A DNA stretch of 63,715 nucleotides, counting the filler, from Sphacelaria rigidula (taxonomy: Eukaryota): assembly GCA_964200075.2 (NCBI GenBank). It is 11 parts of 11 records of this genome, joined end to end, with 100 filler letters (N's around TTAATTAATTAA, not from the genome) between each part and the next. Parts side by side here need not be neighbours in the genome. Positions count along the whole stretch, not along the records: positions 46,413 to 52,113 come from CAXNAA020025137.1; positions 52,214 to 57,914 come from CAXNAA020025138.1; positions 58,015 to 63,715 come from CAXNAA020025139.1; 8 more parts are not named here. One strand, 5' to 3'. The position numbers were made by a program, and so were the translations under genes. Positions 46,866-59,559 of this stretch are shown piece by piece; position 1 is the stretch's first letter; every line of letters starts with the position of its first letter. Below the pieces are notes generated by a model. The model was not told where the DNA came from. It was given only the letters and a program-made list of their open reading frames with translations, and ran no database searches.

Positions 46866-49800
46866 GGATGTGGAGAGCCGCTGCAGCTTCTTCACGTCAC
46901 TCCTTGCGCACACCTGGTGAGTCGTAAACGGTGTCATACTCCACTAGATCGTTGCTTCCGGTCCTTGTCGCGTTTGTTCAGCTTTTGTTATTGTTCGGTT
47001 TTTTTTTTTTTTTTTCTTGCGGGGAGTCTTATACGTCATATTTCCAACAACCCAACCCTGTTGAACCGCAGCAGTTGTTCTTCATATGTCAGCGGTCGAC
47101 CTCGTGACCATGTGACGGGGTTTGATGCTCAAGGAAGCTGGAAGGATGAAAAAAATAAAATTTTACGCTACGAAGACCGTCTAGTTTTTGTGCGCGGTTA
47201 GATGGGGTAGTTTTCATCGCCCTGAAACTAAAATTGGTCATGAAAGTTTCACGCCTTGGACAATATATGGTCAATAGTTGCAACAGATAATAATTTTGCT
47301 GCATAATGTATGGTCTCACTGCGACCACTGTCGCCATATATGGTCAATAGTTGCAGTAGACAATAAATGTACTGTAGAAATAAAGGCCCATTGCAAATAT
47401 TGCCCATATACTGTACACTGTGTGGGAAGTTCTGAAGTTGGCTGTTGTTGTCGTTGTTGTTGTCATCACATTAAAAGCCGTTCCGATATCTGTTACTTGC
47501 AATTGGAAAACATGACATAATAAAACGAGTAGGATGAGTTGGTGTGCGACGGTCAATAAAGCAATCAATTATTTGATTCAAATAATGAATGGACTTCATA
47601 TGATATGATGATACGAAGACTAGACTACATACCGTGGTTTTTGAATCAAGATGCCTTGAAAAATGTGGAAAATAATATGATGTGTCTCGCGTGGGTTTCT
47701 CGGTGGAGGTGTATAACCAGGACTAAAGTATTCAAACTTTGAATGTGAGATTCACTCAATGGGGATTTTGTCATGGATGATTTGTCACCTTCATTCGAGA
47801 TTTTCAGAGTCTGTAGGCGTTGAAAAAATAAGGTCGCACTCAGGACGCATTTCTCAATCTTGTGTTCTCGGAATGATACGGAGTAAAACCTCGTTCATCG
47901 AGGGGGGTGTAATTCACCGCATATGGCCCAAAAGCACGGTCTTTGACTGAAGCACTACGAATATCGAGAAAATTGAGGAAGGGAAGGCATAGAGTTGTTC
48001 ATTATAGCCATCCGGATCGTTTCGGCCGAGTGAAAATGAAAAATAACGAGAACCGGGGACTATACACGCGTGGGGCCCTCAAAGACCGGTGAGCCCGTAT
48101 CTCGTTTAACTTTGGTCGTTGATTTTTAATTTATTTCACACGTCGGACAGATGAGCTCCCTATAGCTCGAGCTAGTTTTTTTTTAGCACAGCTCCCTAGT
48201 GAGCTATGAGAGCTACATGAGCTACGCATGTTTACAGTACTTGAGCAACCGACCCGTAGCTCATCAGCTCATATTCGCCCTGAGTGAGCTATGGGATCTG
48301 TATGAGCTACGCACGTTTGCGATAGGTGAGCTACCAACCCGTAGCTCATCAGCTCATATTCGCCCTGGGTGAACTATGAGAGCTACATGAGCTACGCATG
48401 TTTGCCTTGGGTGAGCTACCAACCCGTCGCTCATCAGCTCATATTCGCCCTGGGTGAACTATGAGAGCTGCATGAGCTACGCATGTTTGTCCTGGGTGAG
48501 CTACCAACTCGTAGCTCATCAGCACACGTCTGCCTTGTGTTGAGCTATCGGACGTAGCTCACATGTACATGTTTGACTACAAGTGAGCTACCGCCCGCAG
48601 ATGAGCTAGCTCATGAGCTTTCCTACGTGTGATTTATTTCCTCGAAAATTTTGTCGGGTACTAATGTCTCTCGATTCTCACAATTTGGGATCAAACAGAA
48701 ACCGTGATGAGTCGTGGTAACCGAAAAACCAATCCTAACCCCAAAACCTTATCCAAAATCGGTTTCAATCGAAAATATCAAGTTTGAAGTTTGACGACAA
48801 AAGCTGTCGTGTTCTTGGTAAGATCATCGGTCACCATCCCCGCGGAAATTACGAGCCGTTGCTTTTGCGGACAAGCCATACATTGACTTATCGGTGATCG
48901 GTTGATGGTCACACATTAACTGAACCCCGAGAGATGTAAAAAAATAGACATAATCAAGGCAAAGGCAATGTGAAAGCGCTCGCGAAGTGAAACTTGAGAA
49001 AGGAAGGAGATAGGGAATTATATGAAGACCGTAGTTTTATTATCCGGGTAAAATGACGCCGGCTTTGCCATGCTTTGTGTGGTTGTGCCAGATTTGCGTG
49101 GACTGTGTGGACTGCGTGAATAACGCCTGCAGGGTCTGCGGGAAACCCTACGACGTCGATGACTTCCAGGTGCAGATTGAGGGTCAAGATCGAAGGCATG
49201 CGCTTGCGGGCTTTACAGTATGAGCGACGCTGATTATTTTACTCATTTCGGTAGTGATAAGGGTGATGGATGGTGCCGTTCAATCCGATATATTATTACT
49301 TTTTTGTATATATATTTTTTTCTTATGTTATTTTATCGTATTTCATCGCATTTTATTGTATTGCATGTTAGTTTGTTTCATTTTAATATGATTTTAGGTC
49401 GTTTCATTTCGTTGTATTTCATTTCATTGTATCGTGTTTCACCGTGCTTTGTTTCGTTTCGTTTCGTTTCGTTTCGTTTCATTTTGATTTAATAGTTCAT
49501 CAAATTTTGAAATTAAATTAGTCTTGATTTGTTTTCAAAATCTTCGGTTCATTTTATTTTTTAATTTAGTTTTGTTCATGTATTTTTCATTTTATGTTAT
49601 TATATCTTCATATCTTTTTCTTGTGTTGTTCATTGTCAGTTGTCATTGTCAATCGCCGTGAAGAGCCCTTTTTTTCCTTTGTACGCCCGAGATGTTGAAC
49701 AGGCCTCTGTCATGTACCGTAGTCGCCGCCTCTCGACGGCTTCTGGTCATCTGCCAGCCACACCTCTTATCTGTGTCGTCATATTGCCGTTCCTTTCGTG

Positions 49801-51450
49801 GAAAATGACCGAAAAAATTGAACAAACCGTAACAACGATTCAGCGAATACAACCCGGGTTTGAGCTAAAGTGGATGTACAACATTCGCGAACAAGAGCGG
49901 CTTCGCCAGCAGAGGAGGGCCGCGGCTAGACTACAGCGGCGTGGCCCCGTTTCGGTGAGTGATCACGATCGTGGCCATTACCTAGCATCACGTGTTTCAT
50001 CACGGAGAAATATTGCCTTGCCCCCGCATGTCCAACGAAGTATCGGCCGCTCTGACGCAAATATAGCCTCTGGCGCTTATCGAGGTAACAGTTGTGCTAG
50101 GGCCACTGCGCCCCGATTGTTTCATTGGTGCATGGGACATGACAAGAATCGGTCTTGTGGGAAAGTGTGGAAGGATCGAATCTCGGCAAACATAAATACT
50201 GTTCGAGATCATCTCGTCAATCAATCGCATGTGGCTTTTCGTTTCAGGTTTCCTTGTGTTTCTGTCTTGTTGGACGTTTTCCCTACTGAGAGGACGGCGT
50301 CTTTTTGACTCCTCCATAGAAATTGAGCCTGTTGACGAGATCGTACTCTGTTTTGTTCACACGAGTAGTTACTAGCTGAGGGAAAACAAAAACTGATCCT
50401 TCCCGACAGCGCAGTGCCATCAATCGGAGACACAGGTTCCTGCAAAACGGCATGGTCCAGTCAGTGACTTCCCTGAGTCTATCTATCCATTATTCAACTG
50501 GAGTTAGTTGGTCAAAACCGGGTCATGGTTATAGCACATGAAAAAAACAATATATTCCTGCCGAAATGGTCGCTGAAACGCTTTTTATAGGATCCCATTC
50601 GCTGGAAGTATGACGGTACCAATGTTAGCCACACCCCCGTCCTGCCTGTCGATGAATGCGGTTTGCGTGGATATCACGCAAATGTCTAGTTCGTTTTTCG
50701 CGGCTCGTTCCAGTGACCGCTCAATGGATGCTGCTCCCAAAAGGATAGCCATCCTGATTACACGAACCGCACCGTACGTTCGTTTACCGGGACTTGTTCA
50801 CATAGCATAGGGGATAGGCGCGAGAATTGTACGTGGAACTGGGGTTCTCAGATCACCGTCTCGATGGTGAGAGATAAGGGGTGTGTTCTCATGATATTGC
50901 ATGCCGTAGTCATTAGACCACCGACCTTGCATCCCTACAAGGCCGGGACGGAGCACGCCGGGTTTTCGCCGGACCAGGCTTGCAGTAGAGAGAAAGGAAG
51001 GACTGATGATATCGTCCAGCACGGCTCATGTGATGAAGCCCCTCTTCTCACTAAACCCACGTCTTGACAGGCAAGCCCGGCAGCATCACCTCCCGTCGGA
51101 TCGGCCCCGCATCCTTCCGGAATTCTAATGGGAAGTGCAGGCACCAACGGTGCGTTCGGGACAGGGGCTGGATCTGGACCATACTCTGAGGGGGATGGCT
51201 TTGCATCATCCCCGGGACGGGCTGGTTATGCATCATCCCCCGGGGCGGCTGGTTTTGCTTCATCGCCGGGTGGAGCTGGCTTTGCATCATCTCCGGGAGG
51301 AGGCAATGCGTCGTTGTCCCCCGGGTTTGCTGTGGGGGACATGCTGGAGGAGGAAGATGACGATGATGAGTTGGAGATGCACAGCAAGGCGTTTCACGCC
51401 ATCAAGCAGCTCGGGGCTATCCGGGCGAGGACAGTGGACGAGCGAAAACG
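46866..51450 (+). CDS. Partial spliced gene: C3HC4 RING-finger region, probably of an SNF2/Rad5-like helicase-E3 ligase
   Basis: Exons 46866-46916, 49092-49169, 49844-49954, 51071-51450 (plus a possible 25-bp exon 51994-52018) give GCGEPLQLLHVTPCAHL|ICVDCVDCVNNACRVCGKPYDVDDFQ|RIQPGFELKW...|...HSKAFHAIKQL. TPCxHxxCxxC...CxxC is RING-type; SKxxxxxxxL resembles the entry into the helicase C domain (inferred). Confidence 0.7.
48200..48620. repeat. Intronic 85-bp tandem repeat (~4.5 copies), rich in GAGCT/AGCTC
   Basis: Units start at ~48201, 48286, 48371, 48456: gagctatgagagctacatgagctacgcatgttt...gtagctcatcagctcatattcgccctg. Confidence 0.85.
50878..50982 (+). repeat. Intronic copy of dispersed repeat family (type I head)
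   Basis: ggggtgtgttctcatgatattgcatgccgtagtc...catccctacaaggccgggacggagcacgccgggttttcgccggaccagg. Confidence 0.85.
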
Positions 51451-52113
51451 GTGTGTGTGTTTGCCGATTGTTTTGCTTGATTTTGGTGTGGTTGATCAAA
51501 TGCGAGAAAGATGGTTCGGCAGGTAATAGTTCTATGGTACTACCCCGCTCCGGAGACCACGGAAGTAGGTTTAATGCGTCAGGTTGTTCCATCAATTGAT
51601 TGACCGCTTGTCGCGCATTCATCGATTGATGATGGGAGGAGTCCAGCCGCGGTGACAGAATTGGCGTGTCTAACGCGAAGCCGGAAAAAATCTCGCTCAA
51701 GGAACTCGAGAAAGATTAAAGATAGAAAGAGACGAACGATAGAACAAACCGAGATTACACGCGAGTGTGTCATCATCGTACCGCCTCTACTGAAAATTGA
51801 AAATGTCGGCTATGACGTTGGATTTGCGGGCGAGATCACAGAAGCGGAGTAGCCAGGTATCCCGCGAGTGTTGTCTGTCCTCTAGTCCTCAAAAACTTGC
51901 TCACCTGGCGTGTGCATTATGTGTAGCTTCCCTACTTTTTGGGGCCCTGTTTAATTACGATCGCGCAGCGTGTGTCGTCGTGTGTGATGCCAGAGGTGCT
52001 TGGCGACGGTGGCGTCAGGTGAGACGATGTCGTTGCATGGGGGGGGGGGGGGGGGTGACCAATTTTTGCCTTCTCTAGTCGTCCGACCGTTGACCGCCGA
52101 ACCCTTCCGAGGC

Positions 52114-52213
52114 NNNNNNNNNNNNNNNNNNNNNNNNNNNNNNNNNNNNNNNNNNNNTTAATTAATTAANNNNNNNNNNNNNNNNNNNNNNNNNNNNNNN
52201 NNNNNNNNNNNNN
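52114..52213. other. Artificial contig linker
   Basis: N44-TTAATTAATTAA-N44. Confidence 0.98.
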
Positions 52214-53047
52214 GCTGCTCGTTGTGCTCGGTTTTTCCCATTTCGATTTACGTGGAGATTTTGCCCCCCAAAAACATGCACTTTTGAGGGGAGGGGGCTA
52301 TCGTAGAAAGTGTCGAAAGAAAATCTTCATACACGACTTGAGCCTCCTGGTACTGCTGTCGATACCGTAAAGCGACGCCAGGACGTTTCACTTGGTGTAC
52401 ATCGGTGCACACGAGTCGAACCGTCGCTTCACGGAAGGGAACGGGGGAGAGGGGGTGTACTCATGATCATGCTTGCCATAGTCACCAGACCATTGACCTC
52501 GCATCCCTACAACGCCGGGACGGGGGGGGGAATGTAACTCCCCGGGCGTTTATACAAAAGGATCTCCGCTCACGCACATAACTCATCAGTGCGATCGCCA
52601 ATTGTTAGCGTGACTGACAAAAATATCCATGAACCTGCTCGGCCACGGGGCGCCATCACAAGTGCTTGGCACATGCTGGACGGCTCATGTACCACAGAAA
52701 AACGGGTCGGCATCCGGTTTGGAGAATTTTGCTAATTTCTCCATCACTCCGCCACCTTCGAGACTCGTCCCAACAAAGCATTTCTCGCCTCCTGAGGGTA
52801 TTTCCGATACACCCGGAACGTTGTGATTTCTAATGGTGATGTTGATCCCCCGCCCCAGAGGGGATCAAGGTGTCGTCGCCCATCGGGTAAACTTCGGGAT
52901 CGAATAAGCACTACTGTATGCACCGCGTACTCTGACGCCAAGCAGCCATAGCAATTTCAGCGCATGAAGCAGGGCTGGGACATCCGCGAATACTGGGCGA
53001 CCGCAACAGAGTTTCTAGACGACGCTCTATTTTCCCGTAGTGCATAC

Positions 53048-56000
53048 CTGGGCTGAGGTAAAGGAAAACATCTGCACGTCGTTGGTTCGGAGCCCAAGCT
53101 GCCCGAAGCCGTTGCATCCTGTGGACAGCACCTTCCCCTGGAGTGTTACCACCATGGAGTGGTGAGCCCCGCAAGCGATGGCCTGAACATAATAGTAGAC
53201 AACATACACGTCAACGGTACGTGAGTTTGAGCACGTGCGCGACTACCCAAGATGTAAATGATGTAGAGAGCACACGACACACGAGCGAGCACCCCATGAT
53301 CACCTGAAGTGCTCGCGCGCCTGTGGTAACAGAAACCACTACACTGTAGTGCGAAAAACCTACCTCGACACGTCAGTCACAAAGAATGTGAATCGAAGAA
53401 GGACAAGAGGTAAATAGATACTTTCGCGAGGGACGAACGTGCACGTGTTTTGAACCTACGTGTCGTGACTGACCAATAAGTGCAGCGAGGAATGAGCCCC
53501 GATGCCAAACTGGCCTGAGGACAAGATGCATGGCAACGACAAGAGAGACTAGAACAGAACGAGTGCTATTCTGCCTAATGGTGTTTGTCGAGGAGCACAA
53601 ATAACGCCCCTCACTCCCTGCGGTCTGGCACTACATAATGCAACCGGCATTGTTAAATGTACCGTTGACGAAAACATGCCTCGCCGTGTACCGCTAAAGC
53701 TGGCCGTATTCAGCAGCAACATGACGCGCTTTCCTTGTGCACATTTGATATATCTACATCATTTCCTGCTGCCATGAAGTGAGTGAGTTTGCCCATCCCA
53801 ATACACTGACATCCGGTTCTCTGGCCATCGATTGCGTATGCATGCGAGTGGCCCTCACCGAAGTAGTATCGTCATGCACTACATGCAACGAGACAAGTGG
53901 ACACGTTTTTTACGGAGAAGGAGATGAACCCGCGTTACTCATTTCGAGGTGAACACGATACCGTCACCTTTTGAAAAGATCTACTCGTGCAGAAACCTGT
54001 CACAGGCACGATCGATCCGTGACGTAGTCGACATAGCACAAGAAGCCAGCGGACATATCGCCTTGCACTGCACGGGGTGGTCAGCCCTCCTGAGTGCCGC
54101 AGTAGGTCGAAACTGTGAAGCACGTGTACTGTGAGCCGTAGAGAGAATTGCGTACACCACGATTCTGACTCCTATCTCCTTCCTCACGCCTCCCAACACT
54201 TCTGCAAGAGTAGCAGGAACCTTGAGAGTAGCCCGGGAGTTTCCCCGACAACGCTTGCATTGCTCGTTCTGCCGCAGCTTCTGCAGCAAGTACGTTCTTC
54301 GCACGTCCACCTCCAACTAGGGGTGCCCACCACGACTTAGCCAGCTCGTCAAAGGCCAACAACTGCTGACCTACCGTTCTAGCACATGTTTTCGACGGCA
54401 TACTTCCTCCTTCGTGTGAGGAGGCTTCTGTACCGACCGACGAGCCCGAGAAGCCCAACGCGGCCGGGCACGGCAACCACAGGGGCACTCTTCCGGTTCT
54501 TACGTATTCGGCAAGCATCGACAAACGCTTTCCACAATCCTTCCCTTCCTCTCTTCTCCCTCCTCAGTATAGTTTAGTTTTGTCTCCTGCTTCCTGTTTA
54601 CTCTGACTGTCACATTGTTCTTCAATTGTCCCGTTTTTCGAGTCTCCTTTGGCCGGTGGTTTTCCGTCCGGTTGACCTCGGGTACGTCCGTGTTGTGATC
54701 ACGACTGGATATCGACAGAATCAGTTAATGCTCGACGATTTATGAAATCACCGACAAGCAATCGATCAAAGCACTCACTCACTCATTCAATCAATCCATC
54801 CATCAACCCATCAACCGACCAAAACAGCTCAACCCCAAGCAAAGGGATTGGTCTGACCGCCGGCGCCTCAAAGCTTCGCCAAACAACAATGGCGCTCTCC
54901 TGTGGAACATCACGAGTCCAACTAGTTACAGCCATTTTATTTGCGTTAGATCACCTTGGTTGGGCAGACATTCACCAGCGCAGGCACTCGGTAGTCCTCG
55001 CTGGGGTCTTCGTCTGCGTCCAGTGGACACGACTTTCCCAGTTGGCCGTCATCATTGATGCCAAAGGAAAACACTTGGCCCTGGGCACCAGTGACGCGAA
55101 CAACGAGTCGGCCGACTCACAGCGATAAGGGCGGAGTCTCAACTTTCCCGCAGTAATATGCGGTAGTTCGAAGCCGCAGAAGACGACGCATTCGTTGAAG
55201 CAAAGAATGACACACGACACTGTTCGAGAAAATTTAGTCGCCATCCACGCAAAGGGAGTAGCTGCGATCGACCGGAGGATACGGTTCTCTGATTTCCATG
55301 AAGATGGAGCTTTCTATGAGATTTTCGCCTGTCGAAGGATTGCACCAGCGACTTCCGACTTGATGTTTTCAAGCTCAACAGGCTGCTACTGGTAAGATAG
55401 CACGACCTAAATCTCTTCTCGGTAGTCCCGTGGGCCCTTCATGGATATACATCGGACCCGCCCTAACAACAACTAGACCGGAGGATGTCAACAAAAGGAG
55501 GATGAGGCTTGAAACCAACGCATGCCATATGCAGAGCACGAGGGCTTTGATAAAAAGACAACGAGTACTCGTTTGCCCTGGGCACGTTCGTGGTGCATCT
55601 CACCTGTCTGGTCAGGGCCAGGCAATGGTTGTTGCCACAAGCCACATCCACCACATCCTTCACGCCAGCATACTTCGGTACACATAATTTTGGCAGGATA
55701 CATAAAAAGGCACAGAACAGAAGGGCATTACAACAACATTGTTTTCAAGGGGGGCGTACGCAATCATCTCAGAACGCGTGCTCTATGTTGGTCTCTAGGA
55801 GAATTTCTGGCGTTGTTTTTCATTTCGCATCTGATAAGCCCTACATTGTCCAAGCCTACGCGGATGCTTGATGACCGACTAGACTTGGGGGTACAGACCA
55901 GACAGAGCACGGTGGAAGGAACGTTGGCAAGTTTGAACAAGCACACACACACACGCGTAACTGCTTGGGGCCTTGGTCACTCTTGTCCGTGCTAGTCGTT

Positions 56001-57776
56001 TGGATGGAAGTAGATGCAAACGTTCGTTCGTAATTTGCGTTGTAGCAGTCATACCATGAATTGTTTCGACCCCGCACGCCGGTGTGCAAATGCGCGCAAG
56101 CGTCGGATGTATGGTGGGTGCCCTGTTGCATGTCCGGACATTGGTACTGGGTAAGCACTATTTCCGCCCTCCTCAAACGAGCGTTGGAGATTCCGAGACA
56201 CATACTTCTCCGGACTTGTGAATCATCATGCCTTATGGTCGCAGGTCTGCGTGAAGAGCTGATCGCATGACTGCAAACCCTATGCAATCGCCACCAAGGC
56301 TCAACCAGCAGACCCGTCGTCCATGCCTGAGATACACGAGAGGTTCGCCAGCAGCCTCAAACGAACCACAGGCAGCTGTCGCTGTGGCACCACTAACCGT
56401 GGCGTACACAGCCTGTATTGAAACACCGCCGTATCACGGGACCAATTACACCAGAACAATCCTTGTACCACAGACGGAGAACGCGAAATCACCCAGATCA
56501 CCACAACATGTGGGACATCGCATAGCCTGCCACAATCGTGACACCCCAAAGTCCGCTGGCAATACTGCGCAGGTCAGACGTCAAGTACTTGTAGTATGGC
56601 TTGTATTCATTCAGGCATACACATGCAGACGCCTAGTTCGACGCGTAGGAGAAGCACACCAGCAGTGTAGTAAAAGGGACTGACCTGATGGGTCATCAAC
56701 GCATGCGTCGCATCGTAGCTCATTTTACCTGTCCATCTGCGTGTCCATGTTTCGAATGCACCATTTGTCGAATAGATGTAACTCGTACTTCCTCTGCGCC
56801 ATAGTTCTGCTCGGTCATGACTATTTGGTCGTTTGGGTATGTCGGTTCCTGTGACGATGCTACAGTCGGGTTGGTTGGCTAGAGATATAACGCGGATGAC
56901 GCCAGCGCAAACAAGAAAGAGAAGATACGTGATATTCACGCGAAAAAATGAGTCAAAATATACCCATTCTTGGCCCCCCGCGAGAAGCTTAGGCAGGTCT
57001 TCGACCACCTGCAAAACATCAGGCTTGAGTACGGTACAGAAACCATGAAGCGGTCTCTTCCAAAAGGAGGAGCGGTGAAGGTGCCTCGCCGCATCAAAAA
57101 CGTCCCTTTCCACTGCTCAGAAGAAACTCCGAATCGACTCCTTCTGCAGTCAGGTGGACGAGACGACCGGTCAATTCCTCGACCAGAGAAACGTCGTCCA
57201 CGTGCACGAGAATGGGCGAAATATGGACATTTTCAGACGGACTGGTCATTTTGCAGCCGTTCAGCCGCATGGGGGCAAGCGGCAACTCGTGAGCGGAAAG
57301 CGGTTCTTGGTTCAAGAAACGCCAAGGAATGCATCAACACAACCTTCAAGATCTTTCAGCACGAGGGGTCGCGCGCTAGGCTACTCACTTGGCGCGGGCG
57401 CTGTGCTTCCTCGCCGCTGCTGTTCGCTGGCTGCGGCATCTTGGCCCCTCTCTGCTTTGGGTGAAGATCGCGCACACGGCAGTTGAGATCGTGAGCAGGA
57501 CTGGAGTCACGGGTTAGGGCACAGGAGTGAGGCCGGTAGTACACGGTAGGAGCGATACCTGCGAGGACCCCGAGCACGGAATGTTGTCCGACGACGCTAT
57601 CTGTGATAAATAGGCTCACACATCTCTTTGGCTTCACAACCACCTACCCCGGTCCGTACGCAACCCCAGCCGTACAGGTTTCCATCGCTCGTGATGGCAA
57701 TGCCACACGAATCTCCTGTCGCGACCTTGGTCACAGACTTGTCCTCCAAGTCGCCCCTCAGCTCGAGATGGCATAC
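53048..57776 (-). CDS. Partial spliced gene: RCC1-repeat (regulator of chromosome condensation-like) beta-propeller protein
   Basis: Exons 57776-~57660 (VTKVATGDSCGIAITSDGNLYGWG), a probable short exon near 57390-57450, 55672-55604 (VVDVACGNNHCLALTRQ), 55080-~54976 (GQVFSFGINDDGQLG) and 53182-53048 (AIACGAHHSMVVTLQGKVLSTGCNGFGQLG); canonical RCC1 repeat motifs. Confidence 0.85.
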
Positions 57777-57914
57777 CTGTGGATTGCAATGTCGTTAATC
57801 ATGCACACGCGTGTCATGCGTGACAGATCAGCACGGCCACATGGAACGGCACAGTCTCGATCGCACCCGGGGTGCAGGCTGGTTGGGTCCATGTCTTCTT
57901 GTTCTGCTAGGAGC

Positions 57915-58014
57915 NNNNNNNNNNNNNNNNNNNNNNNNNNNNNNNNNNNNNNNNNNNNTTAATTAATTAANNNNNNNNNNNNNNNNNNNNNNNNNNNNNN
58001 NNNNNNNNNNNNNN
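57915..58014. other. Artificial contig linker
   Basis: N44-TTAATTAATTAA-N44. Confidence 0.98.
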
Positions 58015-58233
58015 GTTTTCGCCGGACCAGCCTCGTACTCAATCCCCCCCCGCGGAGCGCCGTGGTGTGCTCGGCGAGTCGCCTGAAGGGTGCGCTGCAT
58101 CCTGCTAAGACTGTTCGGCCCGAAGCCTACTAATTATCTCGCATTTGGATCACAGCCTACAATGAGCTGCTTTATTTTCTGGTATCGCCACCTCCGGAGA
58201 CAGCCACAGTTTATACACTGCCTCATGGCTGTC
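58015..58233 (+). repeat. Copy of dispersed repeat family linking its middle and end segments
   Basis: Starts gttttcgccggaccag (as at 50962) and ends ggtatcgccacctccggagacagccacag...cctcatgg (as at 17419). Confidence 0.8.
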
Positions 58234-59559
58234 TCACTTTTTTTTTTTTTGGGGGGGGGGGTATGGGAGCAACCAATCAGCGGTCGTTTTTGGAAAAGGG
58301 GATAATTCCCTCCGTCAACTGTCGGCAGAGGAGCTGCCGTTCTAATCTCCATTGTAAGTCTAACCACTTTCATGGAAGTCGAGTGTCGTGTCCGACATAA
58401 GCTCGAGAAGAGAACAAACGTTGGTGTGCCCAAGAAAGTGAATAAATTGTGAAGTGTCCCTTTACTGATTATTTGCACCGTACTATATGTTGCCCCACTG
58501 AAATAAGTACTCTCGACCAAACTCAGGGTCACAATCAATCCCCAGAGAACACCTCGAAGTAGGGCGAGTAGAAGTGGAGTGAAACGTGGGGGTGCGTGCA
58601 GAAGACACCTTCTGCCATCACCCTTGTGTCTCTTCATCCCTTCTATCATGTTTTACCCCGATCCTCCCATACACACTTCCATATTTTCGAACTAGAACTG
58701 GTCCAGTACAAACCATAACGCCTCCGAGAGCTTGGCTCACCACACTAGCCCATTCTGTGAACCTGAATTTCATTGTTTGTTAGCTAAATTTGGTGAACAA
58801 ACTAAGTCAAACCGCCAAAGCTCTGGTACGCCTCAATGTTTCCACTTGATACTCAAACCAGCCACCTCAACTCATCGATTTCGACGGGAGAACTAAAAAA
58901 ATATAAAAACATGAATTATTTTACCCTACTTTACATACACAATACTTCGCAAATCGGTTCTTTTTATTGTTATCACTGCCTGTGCTGAACCTACATAGTT
59001 ATTTCAACCGCCAACTCCAAAGTAAAACAGAGGAGAACATTCAAACTAAGAGAAGAAATTAGTCAAGCCATTTCATCGTTCTCCTGGCGCAGCTTCATCT
59101 CCTTCTCGTTTTTGTGTACCGATGCCAAACCATCGCCAATCATCTACAATCTTGTGACGCCCGTTTTCAGATCCGATGATAGTCGATGATCTGTCTCCTC
59201 CAGTGCTCCAGCTACAACGAATGTGCAAAGAATTTCGAAGTTTCGCACTGCACATGATGCCAACATCAACCCCCCACTTGGTTTCGAGAGGTGTTGGAAT
59301 CTTTCATCTAAAGATGAACATTATACCTCCTCCCGAGATCCAACATGCTTGGGGTGTGCGGGCGCCTTTGTAGCGCCGCATCCTCCTGGAGGCCCATCAC
59401 CTGGGCTAATTGCCACCCTGTCGTCTGCGTTCGGTAATAGACAGCAGCCGACAAGTTGCGCGTCATAAAACATGAGGACCAGCAGTAACATTACTTCTCA
59501 GTTCATAACCTTGAGCCACAAACATTTCTCCTATTTCCCGAGCCTCCGCCCATCTTGCC

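Noticed and set aside
49955..50308. C..C..H..H pattern in the 222-aa ORF 49640-50308 as a BED zinc finger or transposase
   Set aside because: Only 49844-49954 is supported as an exon (cag/gtgagt borders, in frame with RING exons); the rest is probably intron read-through and the Cys spacing is atypical.
58262..58620. 3' LTR of the Gypsy element after a purine-rich tract
   Set aside because: The position is plausible, but there is no second LTR to compare with and the termini are imperfect.
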